DNA of 64,000 nt from Nanobdellati archaeon (GCA_019429005.1 JAHYJR010000001.1:14271-78270); one strand, 5' to 3'. Shown: positions 46,988-57,085, counted from the first letter of the stretch. The notes: a model not told the origin generated them from the sequence alone. A program made the numbers and translations.

Positions 46988-49900
46988 TCAATAATCATAT
47001 ATCGTAAATGTCTGACCTTCGTATATTGCACTATTTCCAGAAAAATCTGTAGCATTTACAGAAATATAAACAATTCCTGGAACTGTTGTTAGTATTGGCA
47101 CACCTGCAGTAACCAATGAACAGTTAAAACCATAATACTGTGATAACACAACACCAGAACTATCTTTTAATGCAACACAATTAACAACATCAGATTCAAT
47201 CTCCTTTTGAATTACCTTTGCAGTCATACTTGAAAGATTTTCGGATGGAATAACAAACAACGATATTTTAGACATATCTGTACTTGTATAAACTCTTGAT
47301 GGGGACACAGATATAGATTTTATTGTTGGAGGTACTTTATCTGAAGGTGTAACTTTCCTCATTGCCACAGGACCAACATTTCCAGCTAAATCTACAGACA
47401 TAACAGATACTTCATATTCTATACCATTTTTAAGATCCGTTAAATAATGTATTGTATTTCGTACATGATCCATATAGATAACACCATCTAACGAAATTGT
47501 ATAATAATTAATATCAGAATCATCTTCATTAGGTGTCCAATATAAATATACCTCACCACCTTTCTCAGTATTTTCAACATTTAAATTTTCAACAACGTGT
47601 GGTGGTTTCATATCATATAAAATTGATACAGTATCTTTATGCTCAACACTCTCATTATCAAAACCAGATAATGTTATAGATATAGGACCTTCGATTTGTT
47701 CGGGCGCTTTATCAAATAATATCGCTAAATCAACAAGTTTCATTTTATTAGACTCAGCATCAACATCTGTAAGGATGATTTCCTCTTCAATTGCACCCGC
47801 AGCAGGTTTAATCAAAAGCCAATAATTACCATTAGTCAAATTTACCTTGAAAGAAGACGAATAATTGATTTCTATAACAGCCCCTGTAAGATTATTAACA
47901 GAACTATTTTTTACTGAAGTAATTACTAAAGAATTACCCACACAAACACCCATACTACATTTATTTGAGATACATTGACAATCAGTTGTACAAGTATCAT
48001 CTACAACCTTTTCAAACGTACAAGACTCATACATACAAATCTCTTTAGTTGACGCTTTTGGAGAAATGCATGTCAATTTTTCACCACCAAGATAATTCCC
48101 ACAAACCCCTACATCATCACATTTACCACATTGATTATCTTCAGTACAAGGCTCATTAAGTGACTTATAACAAGCATCATCAGGTTCAGAATCAATCTTG
48201 ACTCGCACAGCCCATTCACCTGCAAAACCAGCATCTAACAATGGCACAACATCACGCACCCAATCAACAATTGAAACATCTTCAGCATAATATTCTACAG
48301 TTACAGTATAATCCATATCTTCATATAAAATATACGGCTCGCTACCAGATGTAAAATCGTCAGTATATTTATAAGTGTCATCAGAATCGCCACCATCAAA
48401 CCACTGTAAATGTCCTTCATCTACAAGACACGAACTGCTCCAAAAAGATTTACTATCTGAAGATATTTTAAACAAATCATCGTTCCCTACAATACTTTTT
48501 GAATTGACATCAGACGCATTACAGCCATCAAGATCAATCTTAAAACTAGTACAAGGTAAATTTGTAGTTTTTGTATCAAATATACCAGTACCTTCTGGAT
48601 TATCACCACCATATTCAGACTGACAAAGACATATTGCTTTTGAAACAGAATTTCGTATCGTCTCAATATCACCAATTACTTCAGTACCAACATCTAACTC
48701 CCCTGATGCCAGACTTGAACATTTGGGTACACTATCTGTCTTAGTCGTCGTAAAGGATACGCTTTTTTTAGTATCATATTTATAAAACACGTTTGACCGC
48801 ATAAATACAGTTTTCTGTGTTGTAACAGGAGCCTTAAGTGTATCATAAAAAAATGTGCAACCATACATCTTAAGCTGATTTGGGGCTAATATTCGTTTCT
48901 CACTTTCAAAAGTGTATTCCGGTGTACCTATTAATTTTTTTACCGCGGCATCATAATCAATCTTATACACATACCAACCAGCTTCATCCTTTTCTGGTTG
49001 AGGTAACTGACAATCATCAGTCTCATAATAATTTGCACAACGAGAATCATCAGGTGAATAAAGTGTTTTTGTAACAGCATCATAACATCCCGCAGGAACA
49101 AGAACCTCTGGTAAATATATCTTCAATATCGCAAGTTCAGCTTCACCATCTTTCTGATTATAAATACCAAACGAAACTCTAAAACTATCTCTCGGTTCAT
49201 ATCTCGAAATAACTGGTATTGGCTGTTTTTTACTTGTCCATGTTGAAAGTGTAAACGGTCCTGCTGAGGTTAAAGACCGACCATCAAACCATTTCATTTT
49301 ACCTTGTTTTACTTGCTCATCATAAAGAGTTCCATCCATCACAGTAATATCATTTGTTCCACTCGTATCATAATGATAAATAACGTGTGCATCAATATCA
49401 AATGCTTTTGAAGAACATTTTGGTGCAGTCACTAATAATGAATATAATCTAGGTTCTCCAGGTAACAAAGATCCAACGGATTCTTCGGCAGAAGCACTAC
49501 TTGAACCACCAAGACCACCACCCCGACCTATACTACCCCCTAAAGTCACAAAATCCTCGCTACCTTTAGCATAGACCATAACTTCATTTGCAATTGAAAC
49601 ACCATCATTTTTTACTTCAAACTGTATATCTACAAGACCTCCCGGATATACTGCAGAAGGGTATGCCGAAATACCTTTAAACTCAAGCGCACTTGATGAC
49701 CCTACCTGAATTACAGAATCTTTTTGTTGTTTTTCTAATTCTGCCTGTTCCGGATCTGAAAACCATAACAAAGAACTTGTAAAAGAATCAATAAATGAAT
49801 CAATCGCACTACCCCCTACTTGTTTAGCATCATGAGTTGCAAGTGTTGATTTATCTGAATCCATATTTGAACTCCAAAAATAACTTAATATAGGTAACAA

Positions 49901-51340
49901 GAAAATAACAATAAGTGCAACAATGCCAAGAATAAAAGACCATTTTAAAATAGATTTAATAATTTCCCATGAACTCTTCTTTGGAGACATAACAGATCTT
50001 AATTTGTTTGTATAATCTGAATTTGAAACTTTTGCTTTCGCCGCACCTAAAGCACCACCCACAAAAAATGCAGAGTTTTGGGTATTTGATTCTGAAGAGT
50101 CATCTAAATCTGAAATTTCTTCGGAACCTATAGTTTCATCTGTTTCGGGAATACGGTTATCTTCAGGATATAACAATCCGGCCCCCGTATCACCTGAAGA
50201 ATTCAGTTTTTCTTTTTCTAATTTTTCGGCAGCATCCTTTTCAGCAGCATCCTTTTCAGCAGCATCCTTTTCAGCAGCATCCTTTTCAGCAGCATCCTTT
50301 TCACGTTCATTTTCAACCAATTCTTCAGCTTCTTTTTCACGCTCTTTTAATTGTTCTTCTGTAAGTTCAATTTTATCTTTTTCAGTTTCAACCAATTCTT
50401 CAGCATCTTTTTCTACATGATCTTCATTTTCTTTTAAATCTTCATCATCATCATCTTCGCCTTCTGATTTACCAACTTCCTTCTCAGGTTCTTTTGGTTC
50501 TTCAGGTGTTTCTTCTTCATCTTCTTCTGCTTTCTGTTCTTCAACGGGTTCATCGCTTTCTGGAGCACCTGAAATCTTCTCATCTAACATTGAAACTTTC
50601 TCAAGTTCGGTTTCTTCAGCTTTAATTTCGGATTCATTCTCATGTATATCTTGAAAAGAACTTTCAACATCTTGTTCTGTGCTATCAACATTTTGACTAA
50701 GACCTGCTACAACAGAAGGATCAACATCAGAACCTGCATCTACAACTGCAGAATCAACATCTTCAGTTTTAGACACCTCTTGAGCATTTGCTTCTCCAGA
50801 TTCAGCCGTTACTAGAGGATTACTCGAACGAGAATATGCTTGCGAAAACACTTCTGAACTACCTTGTGCAATGAAATTAATTGGATTCTCGGAACTACCC
50901 AACACCGGTCCTGTTGGCTCTTCAACAGCCTTCGGAATAGTTTCTTTTAAATTCTGAATATCCTCTTCAAACATTTTCAGATTATCAGCTTGATTCGCTA
51001 TAACCTCACGAGAGACCGTTTGTTCATTTAAAATATTTTCAAATAAATCATTATTTTCTACTTGAACGTTTTGTATTTCATTAACATTATCATCAATAAC
51101 GCCTACTTTTTCCTCCAATTTTGAGTGCGTTTCGTCAATATTTGGACTCTTTATATTATTATTAATATTCACATGTATCTCAGGTGAACCTCCAAAATCA
51201 TTTTCAGCAGGCACTTCAGACGGCAAAAGACTTTCTTTTTTACGAGAAAAACGACCTAAAATACGTGATATTGCATTTTTTAAACGGACTTTATTTGAGG
51301 GTTCAGAAACAACAGATTCTTCAGAATTTTCATCACCCAT
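46988..51340 (-). CDS. Giant (1450 aa) membrane-anchored surface protein: acidic repeat-containing N-terminal region, one TM, large extracellular C-terminal region with CARDB-like, Cys-rich (EGF-like) and FN3/Ig-like modules
   Basis: N-terminal D/E-rich region of about 450 aa including (AEKDA)x5 encoded by a perfect 15-bp x5 repeat at about 50237-50311. TM WSFILGIVALIVIFLLPIL. VDIQFEVKNDGVSIANEV (CARDB-like). Cys cluster CYKSLNEPCTEDNQCGKCDDVGVCGN...CTTDCQCISNKCSMGVC. FN3-like YLYWTPNEDDSDINYYTISLDG...YEVSVMSVDLAGNVGP. Confidence 0.55.
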   Translation of the reverse strand: MGDENSEESVVSEPSNKVRLKNAISRILGRFSRKKESLLPSEVPAENDFGGSPEIHVNINNNIKSPNIDETHSKLEEKVGVIDDNVNEIQNVQVENNDLFENILNEQTVSREVIANQADNLKMFEEDIQNLKETIPKAVEEPTGPVLGSSENPINFIAQGSSEVFSQAYSRSSNPLVTAESGEANAQEVSKTEDVDSAVVDAGSDVDPSVVAGLSQNVDSTEQDVESSFQDIHENESEIKAEETELEKVSMLDEKISGAPESDEPVEEQKAEEDEEETPEEPKEPEKEVGKSEGEDDDDEDLKENEDHVEKDAEELVETEKDKIELTEEQLKEREKEAEELVENEREKDAAEKDAAEKDAAEKDAAEKDAAEKLEKEKLNSSGDTGAGLLYPEDNRIPETDETIGSEEISDLDDSSESNTQNSAFFVGGALGAAKAKVSNSDYTNKLRSVMSPKKSSWEIIKSILKWSFILGIVALIVIFLLPILSYFWSSNMDSDKSTLATHDAKQVGGSAIDSFIDSFTSSLLWFSDPEQAELEKQQKDSVIQVGSSSALEFKGISAYPSAVYPGGLVDIQFEVKNDGVSIANEVMVYAKGSEDFVTLGGSIGRGGGLGGSSSASAEESVGSLLPGEPRLYSLLVTAPKCSSKAFDIDAHVIYHYDTSGTNDITVMDGTLYDEQVKQGKMKWFDGRSLTSAGPFTLSTWTSKKQPIPVISRYEPRDSFRVSFGIYNQKDGEAELAILKIYLPEVLVPAGCYDAVTKTLYSPDDSRCANYYETDDCQLPQPEKDEAGWYVYKIDYDAAVKKLIGTPEYTFESEKRILAPNQLKMYGCTFFYDTLKAPVTTQKTVFMRSNVFYKYDTKKSVSFTTTKTDSVPKCSSLASGELDVGTEVIGDIETIRNSVSKAICLCQSEYGGDNPEGTGIFDTKTTNLPCTSFKIDLDGCNASDVNSKSIVGNDDLFKISSDSKSFWSSSCLVDEGHLQWFDGGDSDDTYKYTDDFTSGSEPYILYEDMDYTVTVEYYAEDVSIVDWVRDVVPLLDAGFAGEWAVRVKIDSEPDDACYKSLNEPCTEDNQCGKCDDVGVCGNYLGGEKLTCISPKASTKEICMYESCTFEKVVDDTCTTDCQCISNKCSMGVCVGNSLVITSVKNSSVNNLTGAVIEINYSSSFKVNLTNGNYWLLIKPAAGAIEEEIILTDVDAESNKMKLVDLAILFDKAPEQIEGPISITLSGFDNESVEHKDTVSILYDMKPPHVVENLNVENTEKGGEVYLYWTPNEDDSDINYYTISLDGVIYMDHVRNTIHYLTDLKNGIEYEVSVMSVDLAGNVGPVAMRKVTPSDKVPPTIKSISVSPSRVYTSTDMSKISLFVIPSENLSSMTAKVIQKEIESDVVNCVALKDSSGVVLSQYYGFNCSLVTAGVPILTTVPGIVYISVNATDFSGNSAIYEGQTFTIYDY

Positions 51341-51388
51341 AACAACACCATCTTTAAATTACAATTATCAAACAAAATATAAAAAAAC

Positions 51389-51697
51389 CTAAAGCAATAA
51401 CCCTACACACAAATAAAACACAATATAAGACAAAGTATTAAGATGTGCAATCCTCATTATAAAACTAACAATACCGCTAACAATATTGACAAACCCCCTA
51501 AAGAATATACCTACAAAACTTATAGTTTCAATAAAACTCAAAAGCGGAAAATTTACAATTGCATGAACCACATCAAGAACAGGTTTAATCCCACTTATTA
51601 CAAACAATATCCAAAACAAATCACCTTCAATTGGAAGAACACCAACACTACCAACAACAAAAGCTAAAATATATAATAAAAAACGTTTATGACTCAT
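51389..51697 (-). CDS. Small (102 aa) multi-TM membrane protein in an operon with the giant surface protein
   Basis: Three hydrophobic helices; gaps of 48 nt and 11 nt to the flanking co-directional genes. Confidence 0.35.
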   Translation of the reverse strand: MSHKRFLLYILAFVVGSVGVLPIEGDLFWILFVISGIKPVLDVVHAIVNFPLLSFIETISFVGIFFRGFVNIVSGIVSFIMRIAHLNTLSYIVFYLCVGLLL

Positions 51698-51708
51698 AAA
51701 AACACCAA

Positions 51709-52878
51709 TTAAATAACTTCATCCAAAATAGATATCTCAAGATTATCTATCTTATATGTTCCAAGGGTCTGGAAACGTAAAAGATTATCACCATCTTCCA
51801 ATATATCTGTATGTAAATAAAACTTATTTGTTCCTTCATAAACAGTTTCATCTATAAATTTATCATTCATATAGATCTTTAATCCTGCAATTGATACTAC
51901 AGGTATATCAAAAGATAATACCGCCGTACCATTATCAATACGGTCATACTGATTCTCTGTTAATTTGAATTTAACTTCATGTATTGATGGACTTATCGCA
52001 CCATAATAAGAAATCTTTAATTGTGCATCTGATATTGTATATTCGCTATCTTGACCTGATGTAAACAAGATATGATTCTCACCAGGTAAAAGCAAAGTTT
52101 CAAATTTACCAAAATTAGCTTTATATACTTTTGCACGTGGCATAGGATCACCTGTATAGACAAGATAACCATTTACATATGCAGTCAAATTATCATTTCG
52201 TCGAGCATTCAATACTTGAAATGAAAACTCAACATTGTCGAGCGAATTAAATTCATATGCCTCAACATTAAACGGAATTACTTTTTGAGTATAAGAATAA
52301 GAATTTATAGAAAGATAAAAATCCTTCAAAATATATGCAGTCGGTGCCCAAAATTTCATAGAACTACCTTCTGCTTCAATAGATAAAGTATTCATCTCTA
52401 AAAGATTATCAAAATAAAATGAATAACGCGTTAAATTTGGTTTCATATCAAAAATAATTTCATCATTAAATGAAATTACAAGATTTCCATATAAATTTGT
52501 ATCAAAAACATCAAATTCAAAAATAGCTTCTGTTGCACCTTGTCGTTCAAAAGACACTGAAAATGCATTATCCTCAAAAATGCCGTGTTCAATAATAATT
52601 TCATCTTGAGCTTTTATCAGGTGATTACTTTGAGTAAATCCAACAGACAACTCACCTAAATCAATAGTCCGATATGTCTGACCTTGTTTAGCATCAATAA
52701 ATATCGTATTAGCATAAGACATCACATCTGAACCCGGATTATAAGGTACATAATCATTATATCCACCATCATAATCTAAACATGGTGGAGAATCACATAA
52801 CTGTTCTTGACCTATAAGTAAAAATGCTACAAGAAATATTGTGATACCTGCAGCAAATACATAAACAAAATTATCCAT
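51709..52878 (-). CDS. Secreted/anchored hypothetical protein (389 aa), first gene of the 45.9-52.9 kb surface cluster
   Basis: N-terminal signal/anchor MDNFVYVFAAGITIFLVAFLLIG plus a beta-rich body with several Cys. Confidence 0.4.
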   Translation of the reverse strand: MDNFVYVFAAGITIFLVAFLLIGQEQLCDSPPCLDYDGGYNDYVPYNPGSDVMSYANTIFIDAKQGQTYRTIDLGELSVGFTQSNHLIKAQDEIIIEHGIFEDNAFSVSFERQGATEAIFEFDVFDTNLYGNLVISFNDEIIFDMKPNLTRYSFYFDNLLEMNTLSIEAEGSSMKFWAPTAYILKDFYLSINSYSYTQKVIPFNVEAYEFNSLDNVEFSFQVLNARRNDNLTAYVNGYLVYTGDPMPRAKVYKANFGKFETLLLPGENHILFTSGQDSEYTISDAQLKISYYGAISPSIHEVKFKLTENQYDRIDNGTAVLSFDIPVVSIAGLKIYMNDKFIDETVYEGTNKFYLHTDILEDGDNLLRFQTLGTYKIDNLEISILDEVI

Positions 52879-52976
52879 AATAGCTCACATTATACTAAGA
52901 TTTACAAATACTAATTATAATTATATCTTAGTGTTTATTATATTTAATTGTTTAAATTGTTAAATAAGTGAATTTT

Positions 52977-53990
52977 ATGAAAATAATCCATAAAGATCTC
53001 AAAAAAGAGACAAAAATCAAAATAGAAACTATTGATGATTTATGGGATCTTAAAAATATAATTACAAAAAATGACATAATTGGCTGTAAAACAATAAGAA
53101 CCTTACAAAATTTAGATAAAAAAGAAAAACGTACAGTATATCTAAATATTGAAGTTGAAAGCGTTGACTTTGATGAAAATACAGAATCTTTAAGAATCGG
53201 TGGAAATATAATTAATGGTCCTGATGATATATCTCATGGACACCACACAGCAAGACTTGTACCAAATGATATAATTGCAATTGAAAAAAAATGGAAACAA
53301 TATGAAATTGATCGCCTTACAAAAGCATCAAAAACCAAAAATTTCAATGTACTAATAACTGTATTAGATGAACATGATGTTGATTTTGCTATTGCAAGCC
53401 AAAATACAATAAAATATCTTGGAAATATTCAAGGACCAAGCTCAGGTAAATTATATTCTGAAGGAAATAAAAAAGAATATTACACTAAAATCGTAGACCA
53501 CATTGAAACCCAAGCAGACACAGTTGATAAAATAATCATTGCAGGTCCTGGTTTTACAAAAGAAAATATTCTAGAGCTTACAAAAAACAAACCAAAATTA
53601 AACGGAAAGTGTATAGGTGGTACTTCAAGTGTCACTGGAAAACGAGGTATATATGAAGTTATACATCGAGGCGAACTAGATAAAATAATAATTGAATCTA
53701 AAATCTATTCGGACATACAACTTATAAATAAAATACTTGAAGAAATTAAAAAAAATTCGGGTCGTATAACGTACGGTCAAAAACATATAGAATTAAGTGC
53801 CGAATCGGGTGCAATTGAGCACTTACTTGTCTCAGACAAGATAATTAGAGATGAAGAAACCGAAAAAATAATTAATATTGTTGAAAAATATAAAGGAAAA
53901 ATAAGTATAATAGATTCAAAACAAGAATCTGGAAAAATTCTTAAAGGTCTTGGTAATATTGCAGCATTACTCCGATTTAAAATGGAATAA
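52977..53990 (+). CDS. pelA: Pelota/Dom34 mRNA surveillance (ribosome rescue) protein
   Basis: MKIIHKDLKKETKIKIETIDDLWDLKNII (pelota N-terminal EDDLWhL), central IIAGPGFTKE and an eRF1-like C-terminal domain. ATG at 52977 (ORF-track start is GTG at 52968). Confidence 0.8.
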   Translation: MKIIHKDLKKETKIKIETIDDLWDLKNIITKNDIIGCKTIRTLQNLDKKEKRTVYLNIEVESVDFDENTESLRIGGNIINGPDDISHGHHTARLVPNDIIAIEKKWKQYEIDRLTKASKTKNFNVLITVLDEHDVDFAIASQNTIKYLGNIQGPSSGKLYSEGNKKEYYTKIVDHIETQADTVDKIIIAGPGFTKENILELTKNKPKLNGKCIGGTSSVTGKRGIYEVIHRGELDKIIIESKIYSDIQLINKILEEIKKNSGRITYGQKHIELSAESGAIEHLLVSDKIIRDEETEKIINIVEKYKGKISIIDSKQESGKILKGLGNIAALLRFKME

Positions 53991-54036
53991 TTAAACAAAA
54001 AAGAACATATGACCTATTTTTAATAAAAAAACAGAT

Positions 54037-54267
54037 TTACTTATCTAATTTCTTAGAAATCTCAGACATTCTATCTGTTAAACTATCTAATTTTTCAAAA
54101 TTATCAAGATGTGTCTCAACAATGTCAAGCTTGCCTGATAATGTTTCAAGACGACCTATTATATCATTAATCCGCGTTTCAAGTGTATTTAATTTTGCAA
54201 TTTCAATCTCGTTTATTTCACCAAGTATCTTTCCTAGATTTTGTATAAGTCTTTCTTGTTTTGTCAT
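54037..54267 (-). CDS. Hypothetical small coiled-coil protein
   Basis: 76 aa, heptad pattern throughout. Confidence 0.3.
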   Translation of the reverse strand: MTKQERLIQNLGKILGEINEIEIAKLNTLETRINDIIGRLETLSGKLDIVETHLDNFEKLDSLTDRMSEISKKLDK

Positions 54268-54311
54268 AAGTATCCCTATTAATAATTATACATAATAGAT
54301 TATATAAAAAT

Positions 54312-54473
54312 TGGCGCGAGGGACGAGATTTGAACTCGTGCGGGCTAAAAGCCCAGTAGCTTACAGCCATCAAATGCTTATTTAAAGCATATTCAGTTAG
54401 CAGGCTACCGCCATATCCTACGAATAGACCTTAATTCTAAACTCAAATTCGAACCAGGCTAGGCGACCCTCGC
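54312..54473 (-). tRNA. tRNA-Ser(GCT), class II, with two introns (D-loop and anticodon-loop 37/38) and encoded CCA
   Basis: Reverse complement: GCGAGGG-TC-GCC-TAGCCTGGTT[about 37-nt insert]AT-GGC-G-GTAGC-CTGCTA[ACTGAATATGCTTTAAATAAGCATTTGATGGCTGTA]A-GCTAC-TGGGCTTTTAGCCCGC (long variable arm)-ACGAG-TTCAAAT-CTCGT-CCCTCGC-G-CCA. Exon segments align with typical archaeal tRNA-Ser. Exact D-loop intron boundaries are not fixed. Confidence 0.7.
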
Positions 54474-54622
54474 ATTTATTGAAAACATATACAAAATACA
54501 AAAGTATTAAACTATTTATAATTCAAAACTTTAAATATTAAACAGTAAAAAGACTATTTTAAACAAAAGTTAATAAATATTAACAATGTATTATAGTTTA
54601 TTATAATATTTGGTGGTTTTAT

Positions 54623-54904
54623 ATGATTATAAATGAAATGGATATAAGTAAAATTATTGGAAAAGAAGTATTTACAGATAAAGGTGCATATTGTGGCCAA
54701 ACATCTGACATTGAACTAGATCTTGCACGATTTAGAGTGAAATCAATAAGAGTTGATGCTGCAAAAGGAACATACCTTGCCGCAATTGTCGGTGGGAAAA
54801 AAGGTGTTAAAGTGCCATACCCCATGGTTCAAGCAATAAGTGATATTATTATAATAAAACATATTAAGCCTCAAGTTGACGAAGAAATGCCACAAGATGC
54901 ATAA
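54623..54904 (+). CDS. PRC-barrel domain protein
   Basis: IIGKEVFTDKGAYCGQTSDIELD...RVKSIRV fits the PRC-barrel core (iiGk.V....G..lG.v.Di..d). 93 aa. Confidence 0.6.
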   Translation: MIINEMDISKIIGKEVFTDKGAYCGQTSDIELDLARFRVKSIRVDAAKGTYLAAIVGGKKGVKVPYPMVQAISDIIIIKHIKPQVDEEMPQDA

Positions 54905-54970
54905 ATTACTACATAAACATAAAATAACCAAGTAATTTTTATTTTTTCTTTTAAAAACAATATTAAAAAT

Positions 54971-55558
54971 CTAGAACCGTGCAGGTTCTAAATATTTAAT
55001 TATATTAAAAATAGCATATAGACCAACAAAAAGCACAACGGGACTTATAGGTGAAATAGTATAAAAAAGTTCATTTGAAAAAACAAAAATTAGACTTAAA
55101 AAAGCTAAATAATATGTAATTAATACAGATGATATTGTCAATAAAATAGTTCCAGACAAAACATGGAAAAAACTAACAAATGTTATAATTACACCAATAA
55201 ATAAAACACTTAAAGCAATCAAATGTGACATTTCAAGAAGATTACCAAAACTTGAAAAACCTAAATATTTAATTTCGTTTATGCCTGCCCATATAAGAAG
55301 AAGCCCATGTGTTGTTGAAGTATCACCCCCCATCCTCTCATTCTTGTACATACCAAAATAAAATTCAACAAAAATAACACTTGTAAACATAGGTAATATT
55401 ACCCATAATATATCAGAACGCATCGCTACTGAAAACATCAAAGAAATATCAGTATAGATTTTTAATATAACTGGTATTAAAACTAACATAAATGAAGATA
55501 TAATTGAATATATCTCTGAAGAATAAATAAACTCTAATAATATTGACATATCAATCAA
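54971..55558 (-). CDS. Hypothetical polytopic membrane protein
   Basis: 195 aa with 5-6 TM helices; contains an ERMGGDTST loop. Confidence 0.35.
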   Translation of the reverse strand: MIDMSILLEFIYSSEIYSIISSFMLVLIPVILKIYTDISLMFSVAMRSDILWVILPMFTSVIFVEFYFGMYKNERMGGDTSTTHGLLLIWAGINEIKYLGFSSFGNLLEMSHLIALSVLFIGVIITFVSFFHVLSGTILLTISSVLITYYLAFLSLIFVFSNELFYTISPISPVVLFVGLYAIFNIIKYLEPARF

Positions 55559-55643
55559 ATTAACACCCGTTAATTAAACATAATATATATATATTAAAAC
55601 TATATAATATATAAATACACAAGAACAAATAAAAGGGATTCAT

Positions 55644-55982
55644 ATGACAACGAAAAAAGAGTTTATTAAAAAAAGATCTACATTTGATAAAAATCATATG
55701 ATTTTATTTACAATAATTATACTCTTAGGACTTCTAGTATTAACACACCAAAATTACATTAACACACCGAAAATAAAAAGTGATATTTCAGCATGTAAAA
55801 CATTCTGTACTACACACCCACAAATAACTGGTGCTATTTATGGCGGTATTGATAACAACGGACATTGTCTTTGTAAAATATCGCAAACAATTAATAATAT
55901 ACAAGAAAACAAAAATATGGATGTAACTATTTTTGTAGATGTCGGTATTGTTGAAAAAGCAATATTAACAGACTCACCTTAA
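55644..55982 (+). CDS. Hypothetical small membrane-anchored Cys-containing protein
   Basis: 112 aa; one TM (MILFTIIILLGLLVL), then a domain with 5 Cys. Confidence 0.3.
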   Translation: MTTKKEFIKKRSTFDKNHMILFTIIILLGLLVLTHQNYINTPKIKSDISACKTFCTTHPQITGAIYGGIDNNGHCLCKISQTINNIQENKNMDVTIFVDVGIVEKAILTDSP

Positions 55983-56684
55983 ACGCATCTTTGTATTAAC
56001 ACTTTTAGATGCAACTAATACCATCTCAACTAGAACTGATTCATCATAAGGTTTAAGTTTTTTCAAACCAGACTCTAGTGTTTCTTTTGGATTAAATTGT
56101 TGAAGAACATATAATTTTGCAGAAGTTATATATTTGGAGATTAATTCAATATCTTCAAGTGTAACATACCCAGGAACAACAGTTGTTCTGAATTCATGAT
56201 CAACACCAGATTTAATTATTAAATCAATCGTTTTTTTAATTATTTCAACAGAAATAGGAACATTAATTATATTTTGATATTTATCATCAACAAGTGCGGT
56301 TTTTATATCCATCGCAATATAATCAACAAGACCATCATCAATAAATTTATTAATTACATCAGGATGTGTGCCATTTGTGTCTAATTTTATAAAAAAACCT
56401 AAATTCTTAATTTGTTTCAAAAAAAGATATAAGGCCTCATTATGTATTGTCGGTTCGCCACCTGTAATAGTAACGCCATCAATCCACTCTTTATTTTCCT
56501 TTAAAAAATCTAAAATCGCTTGCTTATCTACAAGCTCAAACTTTTTATCATTTAATACAAGTTCATGATTATGACAAAAATTACATCTAAAATTACATTT
56601 GGGTAAAAAAACAACAGAGGTCACTTTACCTTCCCAATCAATAAAAGATGTTCCAATAAAACCCGCAATACGTAATTTGCTAAT
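55974..56684 (-). CDS. nrdG: Anaerobic ribonucleoside-triphosphate reductase activating protein (radical SAM)
   Basis: CNFRCNFCHN (CxxxCxxC), VTITGGEPT (SAM glycine-rich) and IKLDTNGT. The conserved NrdG N-terminus KLRIAGFIGTSFIDWEGKVTSVVF is encoded in-frame upstream of the ORF-track GTG start (56624), back to a TAA at 56691-56693, with no ATG/GTG/TTG in between. Confidence 0.75.
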   Translation of the reverse strand: MSKLRIAGFIGTSFIDWEGKVTSVVFLPKCNFRCNFCHNHELVLNDKKFELVDKQAILDFLKENKEWIDGVTITGGEPTIHNEALYLFLKQIKNLGFFIKLDTNGTHPDVINKFIDDGLVDYIAMDIKTALVDDKYQNIINVPISVEIIKKTIDLIIKSGVDHEFRTTVVPGYVTLEDIELISKYITSAKLYVLQQFNPKETLESGLKKLKPYDESVLVEMVLVASKSVNTKMRLR

Positions 56685-56940
56685 TTTGTATTACCTCTGA
56701 CAATTGAGTTTTATCTGGTATCTGTGAACGCCAGGATATAATTTCAGAATCATCATCATCAACAACAATTGTTGTGGGTGTCCCCATAACACCATAAAAA
56801 GTTGCTTCAGCCATACCATCAACATTGTTTATGTTATATTCTTTAACAGAAACTTCACTACCTGACATAACCAATCTAACTAAATCTTTTGCCGCTGGAC
56901 AATTTGGACATTTGTCCTGCCAAAATATTTTTACTTCCAT
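56680..56940 (-). CDS. Small thioredoxin-fold redoxin (NrdH/glutaredoxin-like) with a CPNC active site
   Basis: MEVKIFWQDKCPNCPAAKDL... has thioredoxin-fold topology with CxxC near the N-terminus. 86 aa. Lies between nrdD and nrdG. Confidence 0.65.
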   Translation of the reverse strand: MEVKIFWQDKCPNCPAAKDLVRLVMSGSEVSVKEYNINNVDGMAEATFYGVMGTPTTIVVDDDDSEIISWRSQIPDKTQLSEVIQN

Positions 56941-57085
56941 ACCATAACCACCAAATCATAAAATAAAATATAAGAAAACCTAAAAATATTTAGATTCATT
57001 ATATATTAACATTTGCTATCCTATAATGTATACATCCCATTACACATACTAAAATATACATGTAAAAGATACAAAGATATAACAC

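Noticed and set aside
54971-55558. Prepilin/preflagellin peptidase (A24) for the Tad-like module, suggested by an MGGD loop in a polytopic membrane protein
   Set aside because: The Asp spacing and surrounding residues do not match the FlaK/PibD motifs (second motif GxGDxK absent). The evidence is too weak.
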